Positions 55,449 to 64,000 of a stretch of DNA of 64,000 nt are shown piece by piece. The position numbers and the translations under genes are program-made. How positions within the stretch are numbered: the stretch's first letter is position 1; each line of letters opens with the position of its first letter. The notes under the pieces are model-generated. The model was not told the DNA's origin. It worked only from the letters and a program-made list of their open reading frames with translations, and ran no database searches. This stretch comes from a virus: positions 41,096 to 105,095 of IMG/VR virus record IMGVR_UViG_3300032896_000001; one strand, 5' to 3'.

Positions 55449-55781
55449 TCAGCACCTCCCGCAAACAACGTCGCGCTGCTCCGCGTGCTCGCCGCGATCG
55501 TGCGCCTGGATTAGCTCCACGTACTGGAGGGCCGACCCGTCGGCCGTGGCGGCGCGGGCGGCCGTCAGCGTCCCGTACCAGTCGCCTTCTGTCCCCGTAG
55601 GCAGGTGCACCGCCATCCACGGGGTGCCCTTGACCTCCAGGCGGTCATACCGCCACATGCCGTCAAGGGAGACGGCCTGCCAGTCCTCCACCCGGCCGGT
55701 GCGGAAAGACGGGAACCGGCGGGTCACCGTCACCGGGGTCAGCGTCCGCCGGGGCTTGCGGGGGCGCGTAGCCGTGGCCAT
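55449..55781 (-). CDS. Hypothetical protein
   Basis: Coherent ORF. Confidence 0.5.
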   Translation of the reverse strand: MATATRPRKPRRTLTPVTVTRRFPSFRTGRVEDWQAVSLDGMWRYDRLEVKGTPWMAVHLPTGTEGDWYGTLTAARAATADGSALQYVELIQAHDRGEHAEQRDVVCGRC

Positions 55782-55782
55782 A

Positions 55783-56196
55783 TCAGGCCGCCGTCGCGTA
55801 GTCGGTGCGCTTCGCGGTCCCGGCGTGGGCCATCGCGGCGCGCAGGGCGCGCCCGGCGAGGCGGTGGTAGCAGCCGGTCTTGCCTTTCTGGCCGGCCTTG
55901 CACCCGCAGTGCCTGACGGTCAGCGGGTGCACCTCGTCGCCGTCGGTGCTGTCGGCGTGGAAGAGGATGCCGTTCTTCGCGGTCTCGCGGACCGGCACGA
56001 TCCCGCCGTCGGCGATGAGCTCGGCTGCGGCGTCGACCTGCGCCGGGGTGTACTCGCCGATGGCGGCCAGGGTGGCGAGGGCCTGGCGGATCTTGCGGGC
56101 GCAGGTCTCGCCGTACGGGCCGCGGGTGGCGGTGAGCTTGCGTCCGCAGGCGAGGCAGCGGTGCTCGGCGGCGGGGGTCTCGGTGGCGTTGCTCAT
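55783..56196 (-). CDS. Zn-finger protein (DUF6011-like plus SWIM-like)
   Basis: CLACGRKLT..YG.TCA; CGC.AG....CYH; leaderless CATACT-6nt-ATG. Confidence 0.65.
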   Translation of the reverse strand: MSNATETPAAEHRCLACGRKLTATRGPYGETCARKIRQALATLAAIGEYTPAQVDAAAELIADGGIVPVRETAKNGILFHADSTDGDEVHPLTVRHCGCKAGQKGKTGCYHRLAGRALRAAMAHAGTAKRTDYATAA

Positions 56197-56206
56197 GTGA
56201 ATAGTA

Positions 56207-56245
56207 TGTGCCAAGACCATTGGCATTGTCAAGACTATTGGCACA
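56207..56245. promoter_or_regulatory. Tandem palindromic operators between divergent leaderless promoters
   Basis: tgccaagaccattggca (56209) and tgtcaagactattggca (56227). Confidence 0.75.
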
Positions 56246-56260
56246 GAGTATTCTTCCGGC

Positions 56261-56488
56261 ATGGACACCGAGACTTTGCGATCGCTCGCACGGGCGAACG
56301 ACCGCGACAAGGCGCGTGAGAAACGGTCGCACAACGCGCTCGTCGATGCCATCTGGGAAGCGGCCGATGAAGGATGGGCGCAAGTAGACATCGTGAAGGC
56401 GACCGGACTGACCCGCGAACGAATACGGCAGCTATGCGACCCGCTGTACCGTGAGCGCGCGCTCGAGCGCCGGAAGCAAGAGCAGTGA
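56261..56488 (+). CDS. Small HTH regulator
   Basis: QVDIVKATGLTRERIRQL; leaderless TATTCT-6nt-ATG. Confidence 0.75.
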   Translation: MDTETLRSLARANDRDKAREKRSHNALVDAIWEAADEGWAQVDIVKATGLTRERIRQLCDPLYRERALERRKQEQ

Positions 56489-56964
56489 GCTGGCCTCCCG
56501 GTCGCACGGCCTTGTATCGTCTCTACGATTCCGCCGACGCGCTGCTTTACATCGGAATCGCCCACGACCCCGGAGTCAGGTGGTCCCGCCATGCATCGAC
56601 CAAGCCGTGGTGGCCGGACGTAGCCCGCAAGGCCGTCGAATGGCATGACGAAAGAGAGATCGCCGAGGCATTGGAGACAGCGGCCATCACCGCCGAGCAC
56701 CCTCGTTACAACGTCGCGAACTCCCCATGGGCGCCGAAGCCCCGCGAGCTCGAAGCGTGCGAGATGACGGTCGGCGAGGCACGGAAAGACCTGACCGACC
56801 TGATTGCGCGGGTCCGGTTGCGCGGAGAGCTGATCACGCTCGTAGACCGCACCCGCGATCGCCGTCCCGCAGCGATGATCGTGCCCACCAAACTCGGAGA
56901 GGCGATCATCGCGGCAGGTGGCCCCGAAGCTGCGCTCAATCTGCTGCGCGACTACGCCGACTAG
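56485..56964 (+). CDS. GIY-YIG nuclease fused to Phd/YefM-like domain
   Basis: LYRLYD...LLYIGI...R...E..AI..E.P.YN; MTVGEARKDLTDLI.RV..GE.ITL...PAA.IVP. Confidence 0.75.
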   Translation: MSWPPGRTALYRLYDSADALLYIGIAHDPGVRWSRHASTKPWWPDVARKAVEWHDEREIAEALETAAITAEHPRYNVANSPWAPKPRELEACEMTVGEARKDLTDLIARVRLRGELITLVDRTRDRRPAAMIVPTKLGEAIIAAGGPEAALNLLRDYAD

Positions 56965-57242
56965 CCCGCCCACGACCACCACGGCCCCTCGTCGGCGACC
57001 CGTTTCCGGAGCGCCGCCCGCAGCTCGCCGAGCGTCCGAGCGGTGACCTCTTCGCACACTTCCGGCCTCGGCGTCCGCCGGTCCTGAGCAGCCGGGTACA
57101 GGTAAGCGCGCCACCGCCTGGCGCGGCCGTGCGCGCCGCCGCCCTCGTCGAGGCAGAAGCCGACGCACTTCCCGCCAGATCGTATGTCGGCAGCGCCGAT
57201 GTCGTACGCGGGGAAGGCCAGGCGGGCGGGCGGGCCGCTCAT
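56961..57242 (-). CDS. Hypothetical protein
   Basis: ATGA-coupled. Confidence 0.4.
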   Translation of the reverse strand: MSGPPARLAFPAYDIGAADIRSGGKCVGFCLDEGGGAHGRARRWRAYLYPAAQDRRTPRPEVCEEVTARTLGELRAALRKRVADEGPWWSWAG

Positions 57243-57454
57243 CGCAGGGCCCCCGCCCATCGCAGGGCCCCCGCCCGCCGCAGACGGGATTCGAGGTTCT
57301 TCAGCCCTCGCCGGTTCGATGGCGTCGAACCGCAGTAGGCCACGATCCTGCCGTCCTTGTCGCGGATCTTCACATGGCCTGAGCGTTTCCCCTTGGCGGC
57401 CGTGAAGCCGTCTTCGCTGCGGAGTCGTTTCAGCAGCGCGTCGATGTCCCTCAC
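57239..57454 (-). CDS. HicA-like (dsRBD-fold) protein
   Basis: LLKRL...GF....KRSGHVKI.......STPS..R...N...LRRAG. Confidence 0.6.
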   Translation of the reverse strand: MRDIDALLKRLRSEDGFTAAKGKRSGHVKIRDKDGRIVAYCGSTPSNRRGLKNLESRLRRAGALRWAGALR

Positions 57455-57565
57455 GGTCTCCCCGTCTCCCGCCACCAGCGGCAGCCGTCGCATTCGCGGA
57501 CGCCGAAGACGCAGAGCAGCGTCCGCCAGTGCCACGGCCGCCGTGAGCGCGCCGCGTAGCCGGTC

Positions 57566-57853
57566 TCAGCCACGTCCGCCACCGAGCCCCCGCCGCAGCT
57601 GGACGGCCATCCACGCGGTCTCCGCGACCTCCCGGAGCGCGTCCTGCACGATCCGCTCGGCCTCCGCCTGCCGGGCCGGCTGCAGGGAGACCAGGTAGCG
57701 CTCCCGCCATTCCTCGCACGCCCGCGCGTACAGCTTGCGGGCGTGGCGGGCACCGAAACGGCAGGCGGCGAGCAGGTCCGCGTCGGAGACCAGTGGGGGC
57801 GGCGCGGCGCGGCGGCGCGTCACGGCGGGCGGCGGCGTGCGCAGCGCGGTCAT
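57566..57853 (-). CDS. Hypothetical protein
   Basis: ATGA-coupled. Confidence 0.45.
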   Translation of the reverse strand: MTALRTPPPAVTRRRAAPPPLVSDADLLAACRFGARHARKLYARACEEWRERYLVSLQPARQAEAERIVQDALREVAETAWMAVQLRRGLGGGRG

Positions 57854-58275
57854 CCGGACACCGACCAGACGCTCGCATGATCATCCGGCACGGCGTCCCG
57901 CATCTCGCGCAGCACCCCGAGCAGGCCGTCGTAGCTTCCCCAGCCGTTCGGCGGGTTCATCGCCCGGAAGCGCTCAGGGTCGGCCTCGAGCCCGCCGATG
58001 ATCGCGGCCAGGTACTTCCTGCCGTCCTCGCCGGTCGCGCCGTCGAGCCTGCGCCACCACGCCGGGCCGATGGCGTTGCCGAGCGGGCCGCCGCACTGCT
58101 CGGTTCCCTCGCCGCTGGCAGACTCGTACGCGGCGGCGATCATGCCGTTGATGTTGTGGGTTGTGTTCCACCAGCCGATCTCCGACCGGTCCTGCCGGGG
58201 CTCGGGGAGCTTCTGCCCGCAGTGCTCGCAGTTCGCGACCTCGGCGACGGCGTAGAGGGTGGCGTCCCAGCTCAT
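57850..58275 (-). CDS. Hypothetical phage protein
   Basis: MSWD..L...N.THN...M...NPPNGWGSY motif. Confidence 0.65.
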   Translation of the reverse strand: MSWDATLYAVAEVANCEHCGQKLPEPRQDRSEIGWWNTTHNINGMIAAAYESASGEGTEQCGGPLGNAIGPAWWRRLDGATGEDGRKYLAAIIGGLEADPERFRAMNPPNGWGSYDGLLGVLREMRDAVPDDHASVWSVSG

Positions 58276-58811
58276 GACGGGACGCCCGCCTCGTCGCCGA
58301 GCTCGGCGTTGATCCACGCCAGGAACGCCGTCCAGCGGTCCTCGGGGCTCATGTCGTCGAAGCGCTCGTCGTTGCGGAATGCGATCTCAACCGCCAGCGG
58401 CCGGGCTAGCCCCGCCTCGTGCGCGATAAGGTCGGCGCTCTCCCACCCGCTGTGGTTGCTCTCCTCAAGCGTCGGCAGCGAATCGAACGCCGCGATCGGG
58501 TCCATGCCGCTCTTGACCTTGAGGTGCCAGAGCGGCGCGCCGCCCGCGCAGACCCCTTCGCCCATCTCGGCGATGTCGGCGAGGAGCCAGTCCGGGTCGG
58601 CGCGGCCCTCGGCGCGCTTGGCCGGGTTGACGGTGCACAGCGCGCCCGCGATCAGCCTCGGCTCGGGCAGCGCCAGAAGCGCGGCCCGGAGGTCCCGGAG
58701 CGCCCGCCTGCCCCGCTTGCCCTTCAGCGCCCGCTCGGCGTTGGCCTGCCACAAGGCGGCCTGGTTCGGGAAGTCCTCGCCGTCGTAGTCGTCGTCTTCG
58801 AACCTGCTCAT
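58272..58811 (-). CDS. Hypothetical phage protein
   Basis: GKRG...LRDL..AL.A.PE.RLI; E....ND...SPE.RW. Confidence 0.65.
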   Translation of the reverse strand: MSRFEDDDYDGEDFPNQAALWQANAERALKGKRGRRALRDLRAALLALPEPRLIAGALCTVNPAKRAEGRADPDWLLADIAEMGEGVCAGGAPLWHLKVKSGMDPIAAFDSLPTLEESNHSGWESADLIAHEAGLARPLAVEIAFRNDERFDDMSPEDRWTAFLAWINAELGDEAGVPS

Positions 58812-59248
58812 GCTGCGTCTCCCGTTCTCCGCTCGAACCGGCGGACCGGTATCCCGGCCCGCTCCGCCATGTCCGCGCACCCGGTCGCGCCGGGCGAGCA
58901 GTCCTTCACGAATGCGAGGCAGACGTCCGCCCCGGCCTTAACCATCTCCCGGTTCCGGCGCGGTCCCGCCGCGCGCCCGTGAAGCTCCCAGTCGGCCGGG
59001 TGAGGCTCGACCTCGATGCCGTGGTCGCGGGCGAGCCGGTCGGCCATCGCGTCGGCCCCGGTAGGGCACGCGCCGTGAACGACAAGCCCCCGCCGTCCGT
59101 CACGGAACCCGTCGCCGAGTGCGAGGCCGAGCTCCCATGCGAGCAGCTCGCCGTCATCCCAGTCCCTGCTGCCGGCCACGAGAACCCGGTACGGGGGCTT
59201 GGCGAGAGCGTCTGAGTACGCCTTGTGGAGCGGGTGGGCGTCAGGCAT
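58808..59248 (-). CDS. SLOG-family protein (DUF2493/YspA-like)
   Basis: [36 protein letters not shown]. Confidence 0.85.
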   Translation of the reverse strand: MPDAHPLHKAYSDALAKPPYRVLVAGSRDWDDGELLAWELGLALGDGFRDGRRGLVVHGACPTGADAMADRLARDHGIEVEPHPADWELHGRAAGPRRNREMVKAGADVCLAFVKDCSPGATGCADMAERAGIPVRRFERRTGDAA

Positions 59249-59552
59249 CGCGGGCGCCCTCCTTCGGCACGGGGAGCTCATACAGGTGAAAGACGAGTCC
59301 CTCGGCTGTCCGGGGGCAGGTGGCGACCCATTCCGCGCCGTCCGGCAGCCGGTGGCCGGTCCCGAACACCTGGTACGCGCGGGCGATCGCCAGGCCGCCG
59401 TCGGCGTGCTCCGCCCAGAGCTCGACCGAGAACTCGCCGGCGTCACGGGAGACGGCGGCGAACGCGACCGGCGTGTCCCACAGCTCGAGGACGTGCGCCC
59501 GGTCGTCCACGGGGACCGTGTAGCGGAACATGCGGCGGTCGATGTCAGTCAT
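59241..59552 (-). CDS. Conserved small phage protein
   Basis: YTVPVDD...LWAE...VFGTGH.LP...GLVFHLYE. Confidence 0.65.
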   Translation of the reverse strand: MTDIDRRMFRYTVPVDDRAHVLELWDTPVAFAAVSRDAGEFSVELWAEHADGGLAIARAYQVFGTGHRLPDGAEWVATCPRTAEGLVFHLYELPVPKEGARDA

Positions 59553-60066
59553 TGCCGACACCGCCTGCGGTGAGCTGCCGGTACTCGTCCGCCTCGTCCC
59601 CGGTGATGGCCCCGGACGCCTCGGCCCGGTCGGTGAGGCTGGCGAGCGCCGCCCGCAGTTCCCCGGCCTCCTTGCGCACGGCCGGGTCGGGCGGCAGTTC
59701 CGCTATCGCGTCGGCGTTCTCGGCGAAGACCACCCGGAGGCCGTCCTGTGCGAAGGCGGCCGTCATCGCCGTTCTCGGGCCTTCCCCGATGGGCTCCCGG
59801 GCCGCGATGACGACGGTGGCGGAAAGAGCCGGCCGCAGGGCGAGAGGGCCGTGCTCGGTCAGGAAGGCGGGCTCGGGTGCGGGCTGCGGGAGCTGGAGCC
59901 TGTCGGCGTCGGCGAGAGCGTCGGCAGCCGCCCGCGCGATCACGTAGGAGGCGTCGCCTCGCTCGCAGGCGTGCCGGACTTCGCGCAGGCCGGCAGACAG
60001 GCGGGCGATGGCGGACAGGTAGAGCGCGGCGCCCGGGTCGAGCGCGGACTCCGGGGCGGCGGTCAC
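59545..60066 (-). CDS. Hypothetical protein
   Basis: GTGA-coupled. Confidence 0.5.
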   Translation of the reverse strand: MTAAPESALDPGAALYLSAIARLSAGLREVRHACERGDASYVIARAAADALADADRLQLPQPAPEPAFLTEHGPLALRPALSATVVIAAREPIGEGPRTAMTAAFAQDGLRVVFAENADAIAELPPDPAVRKEAGELRAALASLTDRAEASGAITGDEADEYRQLTAGGVGND

Positions 60067-61265
60067 AGCGTCGGCTCGCAACGGTCGTGGTCGCCGTCTT
60101 CCGGGCTGCCGATGTCAACGGACACGCCGTCGGGGTCGCCCAGTTGGGCGCGCAGCCGGGCCACCTCGTCCTTGACGGGAGCGAACAGGCCGTCTGCGTA
60201 CGCCTTGTAGTCGGACTCGCGCGCGGGCTGCAGCTCGTTCCCGGCGCCAGGCTGGAGCAGGTTCCCGTCGGAGTCGATGCGGGCCCGCTCCCGGTAGCCG
60301 TCAACACGGGCCTGCTGGTCGCGGAGCCCCTCGCTGGCGCCCTCGCGCAGATCTTCAGGCCAGAAGTCGGCGAGGATCTCGGCGGCGAGGGAGCGCAGTC
60401 CGTCGCGGTCGGCCTCGGCCGCGTCTCGTCCGGCGCGGGCCTCGTCGCGCTCGCTCTCGCGCTCGGCGACGGCCTCCGAGACGCGCGCCCAGTCGACGCG
60501 CGGACTCGCCTTGACGGCGAGCTCCGGCGCGGGCCTGGTGTCGTGCGTGGTCTCGGACACCGACAGCTCACGGCCGGTCAGGAAGTCCCGGACGGCCAGC
60601 GGCGGTCGCCGGGGACGTGCGGGCGCGGGCGCGGGCTTCGGCTCCCAGGGAACGCTGCCGTCGCAGTCGGGGTGCGGGAAGACTCCCGGCACTACGGTCG
60701 CGGTCGTGCCGCAGTAGCACGTGCGGACCTCGCCCGGCTGCAGGCCGAAGACCCGGCCGATGCCGAGGCGGTCGGCGAGCTCGTAGTTCGCCGCCGGCTG
60801 GCCGCGCACGGCGGCGCTTTCCAGGGACAGCCCGTCGCGGTCGCAGAGCGCCTCGAGGACGTCCCGGAACTGCCCGTCGTCTGCCTCGATCCGGGCGCGG
60901 AGCCGGGTGATCTCGGCGGCCTGGTCGCCGTGCGGGCAGGCTCCCAACTTGAGCACGTCCTGCCCTGCGGCCTCGAGGCGCTCGCGCTGCCCCGGGGGGA
61001 CGTCTTCCCAGGCTTCGAAGTCGCCGACGCTTCGGCCGAAGGCGACCACGGCCGATCCTCGCAGCGACTCGTGGATCGCCTGCCCCGGCGTCATCCCGGT
61101 CTCAGCGGGGGCGTTGCCGCCGGCGACCGCCCGCCAGTACTCCCGTTCCCCTTCGACGAGGAACCGCCAGTCGGCGGCGGCAGCCTCGGCGTCAAGCTTG
61201 TACCGGGCTGCGTAGGCGGCGATAGCGGCTGTGTCGTCCCGCGCTGTCTGCGGTGTGTCGGTCAT
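60063..61265 (-). CDS. Hypothetical mosaic coiled-coil protein
   Basis: GAAGGGA RBS before ATG 61265. Confidence 0.55.
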   Translation of the reverse strand: MTDTPQTARDDTAAIAAYAARYKLDAEAAAADWRFLVEGEREYWRAVAGGNAPAETGMTPGQAIHESLRGSAVVAFGRSVGDFEAWEDVPPGQRERLEAAGQDVLKLGACPHGDQAAEITRLRARIEADDGQFRDVLEALCDRDGLSLESAAVRGQPAANYELADRLGIGRVFGLQPGEVRTCYCGTTATVVPGVFPHPDCDGSVPWEPKPAPAPARPRRPPLAVRDFLTGRELSVSETTHDTRPAPELAVKASPRVDWARVSEAVAERESERDEARAGRDAAEADRDGLRSLAAEILADFWPEDLREGASEGLRDQQARVDGYRERARIDSDGNLLQPGAGNELQPARESDYKAYADGLFAPVKDEVARLRAQLGDPDGVSVDIGSPEDGDHDRCEPTL

Positions 61266-61592
61266 GAGGTGTTCCCTTCGGTGGTGGTTTCTGCGGGGGT
61301 CGCGGGCGGTACGGTGTAGCGGCCCTTGGAATCCGGCTCGCTGATCTCCCCGTCGCGCGCCAGGCAGGTACGCGGCGCGGGCGTAGCCGACGCGGACTTT
61401 CCGCTGAACCATCCCGGCGGTCACGGTCTGGCTGCCGGCCAGCTCGGCGATGTACTCCGCGAGCGATCGCCGGACCTGCTCGGCGGCGTAGGTGTTGCCG
61501 CACTCGCACGGGCCGGGCAGGCCGGGGGCGAACGAGCACTCGTGGCCGACGGCGTGGTGCGTGTCGTCAGCGGTCTGGCCGTGGTCGGTCAT
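61262..61592 (-). pseudogene. FtsK gamma-domain protein, frameshifted near 61365
   Basis: VQRKVRVGYARAAYL continues in another frame as LARDGEISEPDSKGRY. Confidence 0.5.
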
Positions 61593-62017
61593 CGGGTCGC
61601 CTCGCTAACGGCGTCGTCCCACTCGCCTTCGTGCAGCTGCGATGTCGGGCCGCTGCCGTCGTCCTCGCCCTCGCCGCCGTTGCAGGGCCCGTCGCAGCCG
61701 CACTCGTTGCGGTCGGGATCGTCCTCGACGCCGACCCGGCAGTTGCAGCCGGCAGGGCAGCGGGGCCACGCCCGGAGAAGCTTCCGGTTCTCGTCCTCCG
61801 CCTCGTCGCGCTCGCGCTGCATGGCGGCAAGCGCGTCGCGCAGGCGGGCGTTCTCGGCTTCCAGCGGCCCGGCGACTGCCTGCCCTGCGGCCTCGTAGCG
61901 GGCGCGGACCGCTGGCGTGAGGCTCTCGTACGCCTTGTGGTGGCTGCCGCGTCGGCCGGTCTGCTCGTGCATGGTCGCGTGGTGGGCGTCGTAGACGGTC
62001 TGGCCGTGGCCGGTCAT
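61589..62017 (-). CDS. Hypothetical protein
   Basis: ATGA-coupled. Confidence 0.5.
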   Translation of the reverse strand: MTGHGQTVYDAHHATMHEQTGRRGSHHKAYESLTPAVRARYEAAGQAVAGPLEAENARLRDALAAMQRERDEAEDENRKLLRAWPRCPAGCNCRVGVEDDPDRNECGCDGPCNGGEGEDDGSGPTSQLHEGEWDDAVSEATR

Positions 62018-62439
62018 GACGCCTGCCCGAGCGCCGCGCCGAGTTGACGGGCGCAGTCGCGGAGCAGCGCCGCCCGGTTGCCGTGCTCCCCCCGGTTGCC
62101 CCACGGGCCGTGGTCGGCGAGAGCGCTTTCCTCCCTGGCGGCGGCCTCCCAGTTCCCGGCGAGCCGCCCCAGGGCGATCGGGTCGGGCGGCTTCGGACGG
62201 TCAGCGCCGTCAAGCCACCCCTCCCAGAGCACGGCCCCGTCGTCGGTGACGATCGCGTACTCGTCATGGCTTATGTCGGAGCGCTCGGAGTCGGTGTAGT
62301 CGACGATGATCTCGCCGACGAAGGCCGCCCCTGCCTCGCCTTCCTTGACCATGAACAGCGCGTCGCGGATCTGCGGCTCCTGGTAGTCGGCGTCCGCGTC
62401 GATCGTCGTGGCGCCCTGGCTGATGACTTTGATCTTCAT
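62014..62439 (-). CDS. Hypothetical protein
   Basis: GAGG RBS. Confidence 0.5.
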   Translation of the reverse strand: MKIKVISQGATTIDADADYQEPQIRDALFMVKEGEAGAAFVGEIIVDYTDSERSDISHDEYAIVTDDGAVLWEGWLDGADRPKPPDPIALGRLAGNWEAAAREESALADHGPWGNRGEHGNRAALLRDCARQLGAALGQAS

Positions 62440-62488
62440 GGCTTCCTCTCGGTGATGGCTTGGGTTGCGGCCGGCGCTTCCGAGGCGG

Positions 62489-62866
62489 TCACGGGTCGTA
62501 GCTCTCGTGCAGCAGTTCCAGCTCGCTCGTCGCCGTGAGCCTCGCCTGCGGCCCGGTCGCCCGGTTCCGGGAGTCCGTCGCGGCCTGGATGTCGGCGAGG
62601 ACCTTCGCCCTCGCCTCCGGGTCGAGGCTCCCCGGCTCCCTGCGGTCCAGGACGCCCCGGACGTCATCCCATAGCTCCCGGGGGTGAGACGGGGGCGTGT
62701 CGTCGCGGACTGCGATCGCCACCAGGCGGGTCACGATGAGCTTCCACTCGCGTCCCGCCGTCTTGCACGCCAAGATGGCCGTCCATGTCTCCTCCGCAGA
62801 CCAGTCCTCCCGCATGGCGGTCACGAGGGCGAGGAGCTCGCGGGGAGCCTCCCGGATCTCGGTCAT
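62489..62866 (-). CDS. Hypothetical protein
   Basis: ATGA-coupled to methyltransferase. Confidence 0.55.
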   Translation of the reverse strand: MTEIREAPRELLALVTAMREDWSAEETWTAILACKTAGREWKLIVTRLVAIAVRDDTPPSHPRELWDDVRGVLDRREPGSLDPEARAKVLADIQAATDSRNRATGPQARLTATSELELLHESYDP

Positions 62867-63999
62867 GACGCCGCGCCGAGCACATCCGGGAGGTCGAACA
62901 GCGTCGGCGCCGAGGCCTCGTCCGCCGCCGTCTTCACGTAGGCGGCGCCGTCTGCGAAGTAGCGGGCGTTGAGCTCGATCCCGACGCCCCGGCGGCCCAT
63001 CCTGACGGCGCAGTACGGCACGGTCATGAGGCCGCCGAACGGGTCGAGGACGGTGTCGCCCTCGGCCGAGTAGCGGTCGATCAGCCGCTCCACGATGTCG
63101 AACTGGAGCGGGCAGAGGTGGTACTGCTGCCCCTTGTGGTGCTGCATCAGGTTGAGGGTCCGCATCCGGGCGACGTCGGTCCAGACGTCGGGGTGGTGCG
63201 ACGGCGGCTGCAGCAGCATGAACCCGGACGGCAGCCGGCCCTTGTCCTCCAGGTGCTCGCCGAGGCCGACGTGCGCCCGGTAGTCGTAGACGCTGGCGAG
63301 CTGGTGGTCGCGGAACCTCTTGAACATGTCCGAGGCGGACAGGGCGCCGAACTCGTCGGGGAGCAGCGGCCTGTCGCCCGACGACCGCCAGAAGCCGTGC
63401 GCGTCGGTCTGCCAGCGGGCCCGCGAGTAGTCCCGCTTGGCCTTGACGACCGGCTGGTCGGCGTAGCTGGTGGAGCTGTCGGTGGGGGGCTTGCGGAACA
63501 CCAGGACGTACTCGGGGACGCCGGCGCCCATCTTGGTGCCGTCCTTGCACTGCTCGGTCCAGCCGAGCCGGTACGTCTGGTTGTTCTCCCGCACGACGTC
63601 GGTGACGACGGTGATCATCGCCATGAACGCGAACCCGTGCCGCATGTAGTGCTGGATCGCCTCGGCGTGGAACGGCTGCAGGGTCTGGAAGCCGAGCCCG
63701 GTCAGGCCGCCCGGGGCGATCCGGTCCTTGACGTGGACGCAGGCGATCCGCCCGGGCGCGAGGACCCGGTGCAGCTCGGGGGTGAGGAAGTCCATCTGCG
63801 CCCAGAAGTGGGCGTTGTCGTCGGTGTGGCCGAAGTCGTTGTACGACGGCGTGTACTCGTACTGGGTCGCGAACGGGATCGAGGTGACGATGAGCCCGGC
63901 CGAGCCGTCGGGCATCGTCGCGCACTCCTCAACGGAGTCGTTGTTGACCAGCCGGAAGCCGTCGCCCGCGATCTCCCGCCGGCGCACTCCCATCGAGCG
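62863..63999 (-). CDS. DNA methyltransferase (N4-C/N6-A, beta class), 5' truncated
   Basis: VTSIPF (motif IV), HLCPLQ, VLDPFGG (motif I), GIEL; frame open to window edge. Confidence 0.9.
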   Translation of the reverse strand, partial: RSMGVRRREIAGDGFRLVNNDSVEECATMPDGSAGLIVTSIPFATQYEYTPSYNDFGHTDDNAHFWAQMDFLTPELHRVLAPGRIACVHVKDRIAPGGLTGLGFQTLQPFHAEAIQHYMRHGFAFMAMITVVTDVVRENNQTYRLGWTEQCKDGTKMGAGVPEYVLVFRKPPTDSSTSYADQPVVKAKRDYSRARWQTDAHGFWRSSGDRPLLPDEFGALSASDMFKRFRDHQLASVYDYRAHVGLGEHLEDKGRLPSGFMLLQPPSHHPDVWTDVARMRTLNLMQHHKGQQYHLCPLQFDIVERLIDRYSAEGDTVLDPFGGLMTVPYCAVRMGRRGVGIELNARYFADGAAYVKTAADEASAPTLFDLPDVLGAAS

Positions 64000-64000
64000 G

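Noticed and set aside
1-64000. CRISPR array, DGR or retron
   Set aside because: No regularly spaced repeat-spacer array, no reverse transcriptase motifs and no TR/VR pair seen

Overview
The whole window reads as most of the genome of a very GC-rich temperate siphovirus of an actinobacterial host, probably a filamentous one given its bldC and DUF397 homologues. 1-34.4 kb (+) is the late region: the C-terminal part of the major capsid, head-tail genes, tail tube, tail chaperone, tape measure, minor tail proteins and lysis genes, then a second block of virion-like proteins (tailspike, SGNH esterase, 22-aa repeat fibre). This region is repeatedly interrupted by small antisense cassettes and HNH endonucleases. 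34.6-41.1 kb (-) is a cro-led early operon with xis-like, collagen-like, BldC and ParB-like genes and a large unknown protein followed by a tRNA-like RNA. 41.2-43.5 kb (+) holds the repressor, a tyrosine integrase with an inserted LacI-type HTH, and an apparently intact attP. 44-64 kb (-) is a dense operon of small phage genes (2x DUF397, HIT, HicA-like, SLOG, DNA methyltransferase). Top leads: (i) a separately promoted and terminated tRNA-like ncRNA paired with an unknown ~470-aa protein; (ii) a phage-captured, near-intact bldC plus orphan DUF397 genes; (iii) a series of antisense leaderless promoters in the late operon; (iv) a probable +1 tail-chaperone frameshift. Family calls come from motif recognition only; no searches were run. 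Several apparent frameshifts, mostly single-base in G runs, may be sequencing errors.
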